This document shows, in pieces, positions 9,360 through 18,241 of a stretch of DNA of 32,000 nt. The DNA is from Nitrosococcus oceani ATCC 19707 (GTDB lineage Bacteria; Pseudomonadota; Gammaproteobacteria; Nitrosococcales; Nitrosococcaceae). The stretch is taken from positions 2,970,001-3,002,000 of the forward strand of contig NC_007484.1 of NCBI RefSeq assembly GCF_000012805.1, in the 5' to 3' direction. The position numbers were made by a program, and so were the translations under genes. The notes under the pieces were generated by a model, which saw only the letters and a program-made list of their open reading frames with translations, made no database searches and was not told where the DNA came from. How positions within the stretch are numbered: the first letter of the stretch is position 1; each line of letters begins with the position of its first letter.

Positions 9360-9554
9360 CTACCCCTTGAATGATGATGCCCTCGGACCCAATAGAAACC
9401 AAAGGATAAAACCGACTAAGGGCAGTATAAGCACTAATACGATCCATCCTGTTTTTCCACCTGTAGAAGCACGGCTTTGAAAAATATTCAAAATCGCCCA
9501 AACATCTGCAATCAATAGCAATAAACCGAAAAAGCTTCCGACTTCGATACTCAT
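9360..9554 (-). CDS. Small two-TM membrane protein, PLDc_N (cardiolipin-synthase N-terminal) type
   Basis: 64 aa. It has two hydrophobic helices and a WAILNIF....GKTGWIVLVLILPLVGFILWFLLGPR pattern characteristic of the PLD-nuclease N-terminal mini-domain. It starts 49 nt downstream of the epmA stop on the same strand. No strong SD is present. Confidence 0.55.
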   Translation of the reverse strand: MSIEVGSFFGLLLLIADVWAILNIFQSRASTGGKTGWIVLVLILPLVGFILWFLLGPRASSFKG

Positions 9555-9603
9555 AGCTTAATAAATCCCGTGGTGAAAATTTTAGCTTAATATTACCCTA
9601 AAT

Positions 9604-10602
9604 TTAAATTCGTATAAGAGGAAATGCCAAAACTTCCTCGATACGGGCGCTATTTAGCAGCAGCATGAGTAACCGATCTACCCCCAGCGCCACCCCGGCG
9701 CACGCTGGCAGTCCTTGCTCCAAGGCAGCCAACAAAAACTTATCCATGGGAACTTCTGAAAGCCCTCCTCTTTTTCGTTGGATTAGATCTGCTCCAAAAC
9801 GTTGCCGCTGTTCCACTGCATCACATAGCTCATGGTAACCATTGGCCAGCTCCATGCCTTTGAGGTAAACCTCAAAGCGCTCAGCCAGGGGTCTAGAACA
9901 GCTCTCCGATGGGGGACGAATACGGGCCAGTTGGGCATCGGAGGCGGGATAGTCGTAAATAAAGCAAGGCCGCTCTTGTCCCAGCTGAGGTTCAATAACG
10001 TTAGCCAGCAAAAAATCCAGATAGATTTGCCGCGCTTGCCCCCCACTGGCCGCCACATCGTGAAAACCTTGAACATTTGCAAGCCGAGCCAGGGTCTTAT
10101 CACTGGCGGTAAAAACATCTATCCCTAAATAACGGTGAAAAACTTCCCTATAGCTAAGACGTTCCCCCGCGGAGGTCCCCAAAAGCAGGGATAGCAGAAT
10201 ATCCACTTCTTCCATCAGGGCTAAGTGGTCAAAGCCGGGCCGATACCATTCCAGCAGGGTAAATTCGGGATTGTGCCGCCGCCCGCTCTCCCCATTGCGA
10301 AAAACCCGTGCAATCTGGTAAATTGGACCACTCCCTGCCGCCAACAGGCGTTTCATGGCATGTTCGGGGGAAGTCTGCAAAAAAAGCTGCTGGCCTTCTT
10401 TAGGGGCCTGAGGCCCCTGATAGGTGGTCACCAGACTATGGAGGTGAGGGGCGGTTGCCGCCGCGGTGGAAAGTATGGGGGTTTCTACCTCTAAGACTCC
10501 ACGTCGCGCGAAGAAATGGCGAATGTCAGCCAGAAGCTGAGCCCTGGCCTCCAATGCCTTTTTATCAGCCTGGGGGCGCCAGGGAGCCTCTGTTTTAACC
10601 AT
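9604..10602 (-). CDS. epmA: EF-P--(R)-beta-lysine ligase (lysyl-tRNA synthetase class II paralog)
   Basis: From ATG 10602 the protein is 332 aa. MVKTEAPWRPQADKKALEARAQLLADIRHFFARRGVLEVETPIL aligns with the E. coli EpmA/PoxA N-terminus. The 368-aa ORF-track version would overlap efp and is an over-extension. Confidence 0.9.
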   Translation of the reverse strand: MVKTEAPWRPQADKKALEARAQLLADIRHFFARRGVLEVETPILSTAAATAPHLHSLVTTYQGPQAPKEGQQLFLQTSPEHAMKRLLAAGSGPIYQIARVFRNGESGRRHNPEFTLLEWYRPGFDHLALMEEVDILLSLLLGTSAGERLSYREVFHRYLGIDVFTASDKTLARLANVQGFHDVAASGGQARQIYLDFLLANVIEPQLGQERPCFIYDYPASDAQLARIRPPSESCSRPLAERFEVYLKGMELANGYHELCDAVEQRQRFGADLIQRKRGGLSEVPMDKFLLAALEQGLPACAGVALGVDRLLMLLLNSARIEEVLAFPLIRI

Positions 10603-10651
10603 GTTGGCCAATAATACCGAAGAATAACAACCAGAAAGAAATGTTTCCCGC

Positions 10652-11221
10652 TCATTCCTTGGCTCGTTCCACATACTCGCCAGTGCGGGTATCGATCTTA
10701 AGCATTTCACCTACATCAATGAATAAAGGAACTCGAACCACCGCGCCCGTCTCTAAGGTAGCTGGCTTGCTGCCCCCCCCCGAGGTATCGCCACGAATGC
10801 CTGGATCGGTTTCGGTCACCTTAAGGGTGACGAAATTAGGCGGTGATACCAAAAGGGGGGCCCCATTCCACAGAGTAACGGTACAAGTATCTTGCTCCTT
10901 AAGCCACTTGGTCGAATCTCCAACAGCGGCGGCATCGGCTGAATACTGCTCATAAGTTTCTGGCGACATAAGATGCCAAAACTCGCCATCTGAATAAAGG
11001 TACTGTAATTGGGTCTCGATTACATCCGCCGCTTCCAAGGAATCACCGGATTTAAAGGTGCGGTCAATCACCCGGCCAGTTTTCAAATTGCGCAGCTTTA
11101 CCCGATTGAAAGCTTGCCCCTTACCGGGCTTAACAAATTCATTTTCCATGATGGTATAGGGATCTCCATCCATCATTACCTTGAGACCGGATTTAAATTC
11201 GCTGGTACTATAGCCTGCCAT
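10652..11221 (-). CDS. efp: Translation elongation factor P
   Basis: 189 aa. [22 protein letters not shown] contains the modifiable Lys34 loop. There is a strong SD (GAGGGAGG) upstream, and the protein resembles E. coli EF-P along its full length. Confidence 0.97.
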   Translation of the reverse strand: MAGYSTSEFKSGLKVMMDGDPYTIMENEFVKPGKGQAFNRVKLRNLKTGRVIDRTFKSGDSLEAADVIETQLQYLYSDGEFWHLMSPETYEQYSADAAAVGDSTKWLKEQDTCTVTLWNGAPLLVSPPNFVTLKVTETDPGIRGDTSGGGSKPATLETGAVVRVPLFIDVGEMLKIDTRTGEYVERAKE

Positions 11222-11247
11222 GTGGGCCTCCCTCTGATTACAAAAAA

Positions 11248-12261
11248 TTGGCTATGATAACGCAATCATCCCATCTTCTGCAGAAACCCGTTTGGCAAGC
11301 AGCACTCTCCCAGGCTGTGCGCAACCCCCAAGAACTACTTGAACTAACGGGCTTGGATAACCATCCCCAAATTGCCAGTGAGGCTACTCGCCGGCAATTT
11401 CCCCTGCGGGTACCCCGCAGTTACATCGCCCGTATGAAAAAAGGTGATCCTAACGATCCCCTGTTCCGGCAAGTTTTTCCTCTGCACGCTGAAGATCAAA
11501 TTTCACCCGGTTTTAACACTGATCCTGTAGGGGATTTGGCGGCGATGCCTGCGCCGGGCGTTCTCCAGAAATATACTGGAAGAGTACTTTTAGTCGCCAC
11601 AGGGGCCTGTGCCATCCACTGCCGTTATTGCTTTCGCCGTCATTTCCCTTACGGAGACCATAATCCGGCCCAAGAACATTGGAAGCGAGCACTGCAATAT
11701 ATTGCCCAGAACCAGAGCATTCGGGAGGTCATTTTGAGCGGCGGTGATCCCTTAACCCTCGCTGATAACCGCCTAGCCGAACTGGCCCAAACGCTAGCCA
11801 CTATTTCCCATGTTAAGCGACTACGCATTCACACCCGCCTACCCGTGGTATTACCAGAACGGGTAGACCACCATTTGCTTCAGTGGCTTGAGGGGACTTC
11901 CCTTCAGAAAGTAGTGGTTATCCATGCTAATCACGTTAACGAACTTGACGATAGGGTAGCCGCTGCGCTTAACGACCTTTCCCGTGCGGGGTGCCGGCTT
12001 TTCAATCAGACCGTGCTGTTACGAGGGATTAATGATAAGGTCAGCGCCCTGAGTGATTTGAGCGAAGGCTTGTTCGATACAGGCGTACTCCCTTATTACC
12101 TCCATCTATTGGACAAAGTCCAAGGGGCAGCTCATTTTGAAGTGGATATCATTACCGCCCAGCGCTTGCATCGAACCCTACGGGCCCGCCTGCCTGGCTA
12201 TTTAGTGCCCCTGCTGGTCCAAGAACAAGCCGGCGCCCCGAGTAAACTGCCCCGGAGCTAA
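11248..12261 (+). CDS. epmB: EF-P beta-lysylation protein EpmB (lysine 2,3-aminomutase-like radical SAM)
   Basis: 337 aa from TTG 11248 (or 335 aa from ATG 11254). It has the [11 protein letters not shown] radical SAM motif and KamA/YjeK-like architecture. It is divergent from efp. Confidence 0.9.
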   Translation: MAMITQSSHLLQKPVWQAALSQAVRNPQELLELTGLDNHPQIASEATRRQFPLRVPRSYIARMKKGDPNDPLFRQVFPLHAEDQISPGFNTDPVGDLAAMPAPGVLQKYTGRVLLVATGACAIHCRYCFRRHFPYGDHNPAQEHWKRALQYIAQNQSIREVILSGGDPLTLADNRLAELAQTLATISHVKRLRIHTRLPVVLPERVDHHLLQWLEGTSLQKVVVIHANHVNELDDRVAAALNDLSRAGCRLFNQTVLLRGINDKVSALSDLSEGLFDTGVLPYYLHLLDKVQGAAHFEVDIITAQRLHRTLRARLPGYLVPLLVQEQAGAPSKLPRS

Positions 12262-12343
12262 CAGGAGCTAGGATAACTCCTGCTAGCGAGCGGGATTGGC
12301 GGGGAAATCCTCTGCCCTAGGGCAGGAATCAGGTAAAATCAAT

Positions 12344-12369
12344 AATTTCGCTCCGCAATTTCGCTCCGC
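12344..12369. repeat. Perfect tandem duplication 2 x 13 nt (AATTTCGCTCCGC)
   Basis: Read directly: the copies are at 12344-12356 and 12357-12369. They lie in the convergent spacer between epmB and the citrate synthase gene, 7 nt from the citrate synthase stop codon. Confidence 0.9.
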
Positions 12370-12376
12370 CAGGAAC

Positions 12377-13540
12377 TCAACTAGTACGCTCCCTCAACGG
12401 AACATACCGCCGCAGAGGCTCGCCAACATAAACCTGAGTAGGCCGAAAAATGCGATTATCGGAAAGCTGCTCGTGCCAATGGGCCAGCCAGCCAGCAGAG
12501 CGAGAGACGGCAAATAAGGGCGTAAACTGGTCTATGGGTATTCCTAATTCCATATAAAGGATACCCGAATAAAAATCCACATTGGCATAAATGCCCTTGT
12601 GCCCTAATCGCTCCGTAGCAGCTTCTTCCAAGGCGATGGCTGTTTCAAATAATGGACTGAGCTGTCCTCCCCGTTCGGCTGGTAGTCGTTCCATCAACTT
12701 CTGCAAAATCTTGGCCCGTGGATCTTTAACTTTATAAACCCGGTGCCCAAAACCCCAGATTATTTGCTTGCGGTCCAGCTGTTTATCAAGCCATGTTTTT
12801 ACATTTTCCGGCCGACCGATCTCCCGCAACATCTCTACTACTCGCTCATTGGCACCCCCGTGCAAAGGGCCTGATAAGGTGCCAACTGCGCCTGAAATTA
12901 CTGCATAGGGGCTAGCCAGAGTGGAGGCCGTCACTAGGGTGGCGAAAGTAGAAGCATTGGTAGTATGCTCAGCATGGAGTATCAGGCAAGTGTCCATGAT
13001 CTTTGCCAGAAGTGGATCCGGCTCTTCACCATAGAACATATACAATAAATTATCGGCGATGGGTAGATCGGGGCGAGGAGGAATAGGATCGTAACCGTTA
13101 CGGATATGCTCCCACATAGCGACTAGGGCAGGCATACGGGCAATAATCTTGACCGTCATATTATCAACGTAATCGCGGTCAGTGCAAGAATCGGAGTCTG
13201 TCAAACATTCATTACCCGGATAAAACATCCCAAGCGCGGAAACACCCGCCTGTAACATCTCCATGGGAGACCCGGTGCTCGGCAGCGCAGTCATTAGGGT
13301 TCGAATATTATATTTTACCCGATAATTCTGACGTAGTTCCTGGGTAAATTCTTCAAGACGCTGAGCTGTTGGTAATTCGCCGTCCAACAACAGTAAAGTG
13401 GTCTCTTCAAAGGTGCTGCGCTCAGCTAAATCCTCAATGGGATAACCTCGATAAGATAGGATACCACGTTCACCATCCACATCCGAGATATTGGACTGAG
13501 TCGCAGGAACCCCTTCAAGACCAGGTAAATATTCACTCAT
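12377..13540 (-). CDS. Citrate synthase, short (about 380 aa) form (CitZ/PrpC-like family)
   Basis: 387 aa with citrate synthase signatures LILHAEHTTNAST and GFGHRVYKVKDPRA, and a strong SD (AAGGAGG). No prpB/prpD/acnD neighbours are present, so I could not decide between citrate and 2-methylcitrate specificity. Confidence 0.88.
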   Translation of the reverse strand: MSEYLPGLEGVPATQSNISDVDGERGILSYRGYPIEDLAERSTFEETTLLLLDGELPTAQRLEEFTQELRQNYRVKYNIRTLMTALPSTGSPMEMLQAGVSALGMFYPGNECLTDSDSCTDRDYVDNMTVKIIARMPALVAMWEHIRNGYDPIPPRPDLPIADNLLYMFYGEEPDPLLAKIMDTCLILHAEHTTNASTFATLVTASTLASPYAVISGAVGTLSGPLHGGANERVVEMLREIGRPENVKTWLDKQLDRKQIIWGFGHRVYKVKDPRAKILQKLMERLPAERGGQLSPLFETAIALEEAATERLGHKGIYANVDFYSGILYMELGIPIDQFTPLFAVSRSAGWLAHWHEQLSDNRIFRPTQVYVGEPLRRYVPLRERTS

Positions 13541-13704
13541 GTGGACCTCCTTGCTTGGAGCATTCTTAGTGCCTACACCCTAAACACCGTTATTGTAAAT
13601 CTGTTTAGGATAACTCTCTTGCCATATCCACTAAAACAGGTAAAAACACGAGTTCCCTACTCTCAGGCAGGGCTTGTGATACTTTAATATGATAGCAAAA
13701 AATG

Positions 13705-14679
13705 CTAAACGACGGATTCGCCGGCAGCTTGGCGATCGGCATGGTAGGAGGAACGCACCATAGGGCCACTAGCAACATGGGTAAAACCCATCTCCCGTGC
13801 TTTATCCCCTAGCCCATCAAACTCCTCCGGGGTCACAAAACGCCGCACCGGCAGATGATAAAGGCTAGGTTGCAAGTACTGCCCTAAAGTCAGCATGTCG
13901 CAGCCATGATCACGGAGATCTTTCATTACTTGTTCCACTTCTGCTAACTCTTCTCCCAGGCCCAGCATCAAACCGGATTTAGTGGGAACCGTCGGATGAT
14001 CCTCCTTGAAACGGGCCAATAAACGCAAAGACCACAGGTAATCCGCGCCAGGACGAACCGCCTTGTAGAGACGAGGCACTGTCTCCAAGTTATGATTAAA
14101 AATATCCGGTGGCCCAGCCGTCAATGCCTCCAACGCCCGATCCATGCGTCCTCGGAAATCCGGCACTAAAACCTCGATGCGGGTCTGGGGCGACTGGGTG
14201 CGAATTGCTTGAATACAGTGCGTAAAATGAGCCGCGCCGCCATCCCGCAAATCATCCCGATCAACCGAGGTCACTACTACATGGCGGAGCCCCATCGCTC
14301 CAATAGCCTGAGCTAAATGCATCGGCTCTTCAGCATCCAAAGGATCTGGCCGCCCATGAGCTACATCGCAAAAAGGACAACGGCGGGTGCAAATATTGCC
14401 CATGATAAGAAAAGTCGCCGTACCATGCCCAAAACACTCACCGAGATTAGGACAAGATGCCTCTTCACAAACTGTATGCAGTCGATGCTCACGCAATAAT
14501 CCCTTAAGCCGTAATACCTCGGGACCTATGGGCGCCTTAGCACGAATCCAGTGGGGCTTACGTTGACGCTCCGTGGTAGGTTCAACTTTCACCGGAATTC
14601 GGGCGACTTTGGAGGCCCCCTTCAAAGCCCGGATATCCCGTTTTAATTCACCAGGTGGAGATGGCGTTTTTTGGCTCAT
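13705..14679 (-). CDS. lipA: Lipoyl synthase
   Basis: 324 aa with the auxiliary cluster motif [12 protein letters not shown] and the radical SAM motif CTRRCPFC. Its start overlaps the lipB stop (ATGA). Confidence 0.96.
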   Translation of the reverse strand: MSQKTPSPPGELKRDIRALKGASKVARIPVKVEPTTERQRKPHWIRAKAPIGPEVLRLKGLLREHRLHTVCEEASCPNLGECFGHGTATFLIMGNICTRRCPFCDVAHGRPDPLDAEEPMHLAQAIGAMGLRHVVVTSVDRDDLRDGGAAHFTHCIQAIRTQSPQTRIEVLVPDFRGRMDRALEALTAGPPDIFNHNLETVPRLYKAVRPGADYLWSLRLLARFKEDHPTVPTKSGLMLGLGEELAEVEQVMKDLRDHGCDMLTLGQYLQPSLYHLPVRRFVTPEEFDGLGDKAREMGFTHVASGPMVRSSYHADRQAAGESVV

Positions 14680-15350
14680 TTAATCATCCTATTTTCTTCT
14701 CCATAGAACGGGGCTGAATATCCCAACCGCCGCACCAGATATCGAGATAAATTCTGTTGAACATCTGCCAATGGAAGCTCCATGCCTAAACGTTTGAGGT
14801 CAATAACTTCCATGCCTGAATAGCCGCATGGATCAATACGGTAGAAGGGCGATAAGTCCATGGCCACATTTAAACTCAACCCATGATAACAGCAACCTTT
14901 CCGCACCCGAAGACCCAAGGATGCAATCTTCCTGCCTTGAACATACACGCCTGGAGCATTTGCCCGGCGCTCTGTCTCGATTTCATAGGATTGTAACAAA
15001 TCCACTACGGATAATTCTAACGCATCCACCAATTGCCGCACCCCCAAAGCCCGGCGGCGCAGATCAACCAAAATATAAACTATGCTTTGCCCAGGCCCAT
15101 GATAAGTGACCTGACCCCCCCGATCGCAGCGCACTACAGGAATGTCGCCTACATCCCGCAAATGGCATTCTTGGCCATTTAACCCTAGGGTAAAAACTGG
15201 GGGATGTTCCACCCACCACAATTCATCCACGGTGGCACTGTCACGACGAACGGTAAAGTCCCGCATCGCCTGCCATACGGTATCGTAATCTTGAAGGCCA
15301 AGATTACGTATCCGCAGTGTGTCAGCACCCACTGGGATCCTCTTATCCAT
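14676..15350 (-). CDS. lipB: Octanoyltransferase (lipoyl(octanoyl) transferase)
   Basis: From ATG 15350 the protein is 224 aa. It carries LipB motifs: [21 protein letters not shown] and the catalytic region KIASLG. The 261-aa ORF-track version overlaps the upstream gene and is an over-extension. Confidence 0.9.
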   Translation of the reverse strand: MDKRIPVGADTLRIRNLGLQDYDTVWQAMRDFTVRRDSATVDELWWVEHPPVFTLGLNGQECHLRDVGDIPVVRCDRGGQVTYHGPGQSIVYILVDLRRRALGVRQLVDALELSVVDLLQSYEIETERRANAPGVYVQGRKIASLGLRVRKGCCYHGLSLNVAMDLSPFYRIDPCGYSGMEVIDLKRLGMELPLADVQQNLSRYLVRRLGYSAPFYGEENRMIK

Positions 15351-15354
15351 GGCT

Positions 15355-16218
15355 TTAACTCTCGCAAAGACCCGCCCGCACCTTCGTCTTGTAGGTTTGA
15401 TACAGCCTATCCATTTGCTGCCATAGGAGACCAGGCGTACCATTGCCGACTTGGATTCCATCGATCCGGGTTACGGGGACAATTTCCCGGGTGGAACTGG
15501 TTAACCAAATCTCATCCGCCTGAGTCAATTCCTGGGCAGAAATTACTCGCTCCTGGCAAGGAATTCCGTTTTCTTTCGCTAATTCCAGTATCAGATCCCG
15601 GGTAACCCCGGATAATAAAAAAGAACCTTTAGGGGGGGTAGCCAGCACTCCTTCGCGAACAATGAATACATTGCTGGCCGCTCCTTCAGTTAGCCGTTCC
15701 TCGTGCAGCAAAATCGCTTCTTGCGCCCCTACGTCAATTGCTTCCTGGCGTAATAAAACGTTAGCCAGCAAAGCAATAGACTTAATGTGGCAACATTTCC
15801 AACGAATATCCTCTCGCGTCACTGCGCTAACCCCTTTCGCCCGCAGCTCCGCCGATAGCGGCTCGAGAGGGTTGCTCATGGCAAAAACCGTGGGTTCAAC
15901 CCGATCTGGAAAGGCATGATTCCGAACCGCAGTCCCCCGGGTCACCTGCAGGTAAACAGCTTGGTCCAGCCCCTTATTATAGGCAATTAATTCTTGGAGA
16001 ATTTTTTGCCATTGATTCTCTGGGAGGGGATTTTGTAAATGAACAGCCTCAAGGCTTTGTTCAAGCCGTTGCAGGTGTAAGGTCAAACGGAAAAAGTATC
16101 CGCCATAAACCGGGATCACCTCATAGACTCCATCGCCAAACAAGAAACCCCGATCCAGAACGGAAACCTTCGCCTGCCCTAAAGGCAAAAACTCACCATT
16201 GAGATAAGCAGTAGCCAA
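15355..16218 (-). CDS. dat: Class IV (fold type IV) aminotransferase, D-amino-acid transaminase-like
   Basis: RGFLFGDGVYEVIPVYGG and CCHIKSIALLANVLLRQEA (PLP lysine region) resemble D-amino-acid aminotransferase. The start is uncertain. TTG 16218 has an AAGGA SD 6 nt upstream, gives 287 aa and avoids overlap with dacA. The track start (TTG 16257) gives 300 aa. I cannot exclude BCAT or PabC specificity. Confidence 0.7.
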   Translation of the reverse strand: MATAYLNGEFLPLGQAKVSVLDRGFLFGDGVYEVIPVYGGYFFRLTLHLQRLEQSLEAVHLQNPLPENQWQKILQELIAYNKGLDQAVYLQVTRGTAVRNHAFPDRVEPTVFAMSNPLEPLSAELRAKGVSAVTREDIRWKCCHIKSIALLANVLLRQEAIDVGAQEAILLHEERLTEGAASNVFIVREGVLATPPKGSFLLSGVTRDLILELAKENGIPCQERVISAQELTQADEIWLTSSTREIVPVTRIDGIQVGNGTPGLLWQQMDRLYQTYKTKVRAGLCES

Positions 16219-16228
16219 AAGTATTCCT

Positions 16229-17377
16229 TTAAGCAAAAAAGGACAATATCCAATCAATCAGCCGTTGCCACCAACTCCCTTCTGGCACTGCTGTCAACGC
16301 GACCAAGGGCCGTTTGAGCAAGACTTTGTCACCCAGATTAACCGTGACGATCCCGAGGTTCTGCCCTTCGGTAACAGGGGCCGTGATTGTATTTTGCACT
16401 CGCAGCGACGATGATAACTCCTCCCAGCGCCCCCGCTGCAACGTCACCGAGAGATCATCCACTAACCCTAGCGGCAATTCCTTATTTGCCCCTTGCCAAA
16501 CGCGCACCTTAGTGACCGCCTCTTTAGCAGCATAAATACTGCGAGTATCATAGAAGCGAAAGCCGTAATTCAACAAAGCCAGGGATTCCTGCGCGCGGAT
16601 TTTAGGGCTCCCCGTTCCCATAACAACCGCAATCAAGCGCATCCCATCCCGCATGGCAGAAGAAGCTAGGCAATAACCGGCTGAATTTGTGTGCCCCGTC
16701 TTAAAACCATCGACACTAGAATCGCGCCTTAGCAAAAGATTACGGTTATACTGAGTAATCCCGTTATAAGTAAACGCTTGTTCGGAATACCAACTATAAT
16801 ACTTAGGGAAATCCCGAATGATAGCTCTCCCCAAGGTGGCGATATCCCGCGCCGTCATATAGTGATTGCTATGGGGCAACCCTGTGCTATTGACGAAGTG
16901 AGAGCCCGTCATACCCAGGAGCTGCGCCTGTTGGTTCATCAATGCCGCGAAAATTTCTTCCGTACCGCCCACATGCTCCGCCAGGGCCACGCTGGCATCA
17001 TTACCCGATTGAATGATCATCCCCTTTATTAGAGTTTCCACAGGCACCCGGGTGTTTACCTCGATAAAGGTTCGTGATCCCCCTGTACGCCATGCCTTCT
17101 CGCTAATAAGCACCTCATCCGCAAGATGGATGCGGCCCTGCTTAAGTTCCTTAAACACCACATAGGCCGTCATGAGCTTGGTAATACTGGCAGGTTCAAT
17201 CCGTTCATCAGCCTGGGACTCGGCAAGAACCCGACCCGTGGCAAAGTCCTGCAGGAGGTACGCTTTGGCACTGAGAGACGGTGGCGCTGGAATAGGCAGA
17301 GGTTGCCCCCAGGCCTCAGCTCCCAAAAACAGTAAGAGAAGACAATACCAGGAGAGAAGAAAACTACGTGATTTCAT
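16229..17377 (-). CDS. dacA: D-alanyl-D-alanine carboxypeptidase (PBP5/6 family)
   Basis: 382 aa with a signal peptide and the three class A low-MW PBP motifs SITK (SxxK), SGN and KTG, plus a PBP5-type C-terminal domain. Its synteny with rlpA and lipB is as in E. coli. Confidence 0.9.
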   Translation of the reverse strand: MKSRSFLLSWYCLLLLFLGAEAWGQPLPIPAPPSLSAKAYLLQDFATGRVLAESQADERIEPASITKLMTAYVVFKELKQGRIHLADEVLISEKAWRTGGSRTFIEVNTRVPVETLIKGMIIQSGNDASVALAEHVGGTEEIFAALMNQQAQLLGMTGSHFVNSTGLPHSNHYMTARDIATLGRAIIRDFPKYYSWYSEQAFTYNGITQYNRNLLLRRDSSVDGFKTGHTNSAGYCLASSAMRDGMRLIAVVMGTGSPKIRAQESLALLNYGFRFYDTRSIYAAKEAVTKVRVWQGANKELPLGLVDDLSVTLQRGRWEELSSSLRVQNTITAPVTEGQNLGIVTVNLGDKVLLKRPLVALTAVPEGSWWQRLIDWILSFFA

Positions 17378-17467
17378 CGCATTTGTCTTAAGGTTGCATG
17401 AATTGCCCTATCAGGCCAACCAGGTAAGAAGCCAATATCCTAGCTACGATAGCACAGCGGTGGCCGC

Positions 17468-18241
17468 TTAGTGAACAACAATAGGGTGGGGGAAACCCAG
17501 CTCAGTAAGACGCTTGGCAATATTATCCAGCGTTTCGACATTCAATAAAGGGCCAACGCGCACCCGGTAGAAAGGAGCCTGCTGCGTTGGCAGAGGACTC
17601 ACTTTTACTTCTGCGTCAATAGTTGACCGTAGCCGCTTTTGCAACTGTTCTGCACTGCGGGGATTTTGGAAAGCACCGACCTGAAGATAAAATTCGTTTT
17701 CAGAAACATCTACTGTCCTATTCAGAGCGGGTTTTGGCTCTATAGCCCGTACTTCCACTAGACCTGTACCTTGCCTATCCAAACCTAGCTTTACGGCGGC
17801 TGCATAGGAAAGGTCAATGATCCGGTTGGAGTGAAATGGTCCCCGATCATTGACGCGCACAATGATCTGGCGCTTATTGCTTAAATTAGTCACCGTCACA
17901 TAACAGGGTAAGGGCAGACTACGGTGAGCTGCGGTCATCGCATGCATATCATAAATTTCGCCACTGGAAGTACGGCGGCCGTGAAACTTTGATCCATACC
18001 AAGAAGCTATACCCTTTTCCTTATAACCGCCGCTACTGCGACGGGTGTAGTAACGCTGCCCGTTGACTTCGTAGAAAGGGGGGTTGCCATACTTGCTAAG
18101 CGGCTCTAGGCGGGGGGCAGAATCATTAAGCTTATCATCCGCTAGCAGTTTATTCTCCTGGACTTCGGGAAAACGGCTGCAGGCCATGTTTAATGGCCCC
18201 GCCAGAAGAAAGAATAGGAGGGATAGCGCCCCCCGCTTCAT
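17468..18241 (-). CDS. rlpA: Septal ring lytic transglycosylase RlpA (DPBB + SPOR domains)
   Basis: 257 aa. It has a lipoprotein-type signal (..LNMAC), a DPBB region (ASWYGSKFHGRRTSSGEIYD..VRVNDRGPF) and a C-terminal SPOR-like region (YLQVGAFQN..). Its start overlaps the mltB stop (ATGA). Confidence 0.9.
   Translation of the reverse strand: MKRGALSLLFFLLAGPLNMACSRFPEVQENKLLADDKLNDSAPRLEPLSKYGNPPFYEVNGQRYYTRRSSGGYKEKGIASWYGSKFHGRRTSSGEIYDMHAMTAAHRSLPLPCYVTVTNLSNKRQIIVRVNDRGPFHSNRIIDLSYAAAVKLGLDRQGTGLVEVRAIEPKPALNRTVDVSENEFYLQVGAFQNPRSAEQLQKRLRSTIDAEVKVSPLPTQQAPFYRVRVGPLLNVETLDNIAKRLTELGFPHPIVVH

Noticed and set aside
10773-10781. A C9 homopolymer on the plus strand (G9 in efp, encoding the SGGGS loop) as a possible slipped-strand phase-variation tract in an essential gene.
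   Set aside because: Similar C/G runs of 7-8 nt occur in other housekeeping genes here (lipB about 15115-15121, dat about 15632-15638, ABC ATPase about 28276-28283). This therefore looks like a genome-wide codon habit (GGG/CCC). The tract is in frame in an intact, conserved EF-P.
13298-13306. A GGTTCGAAT T-loop-like motif that could indicate a tRNA.
   Set aside because: It lies inside the citrate synthase coding sequence, with no flanking acceptor, D or anticodon stems. I found no tRNA-like cloverleaf anywhere in the window.
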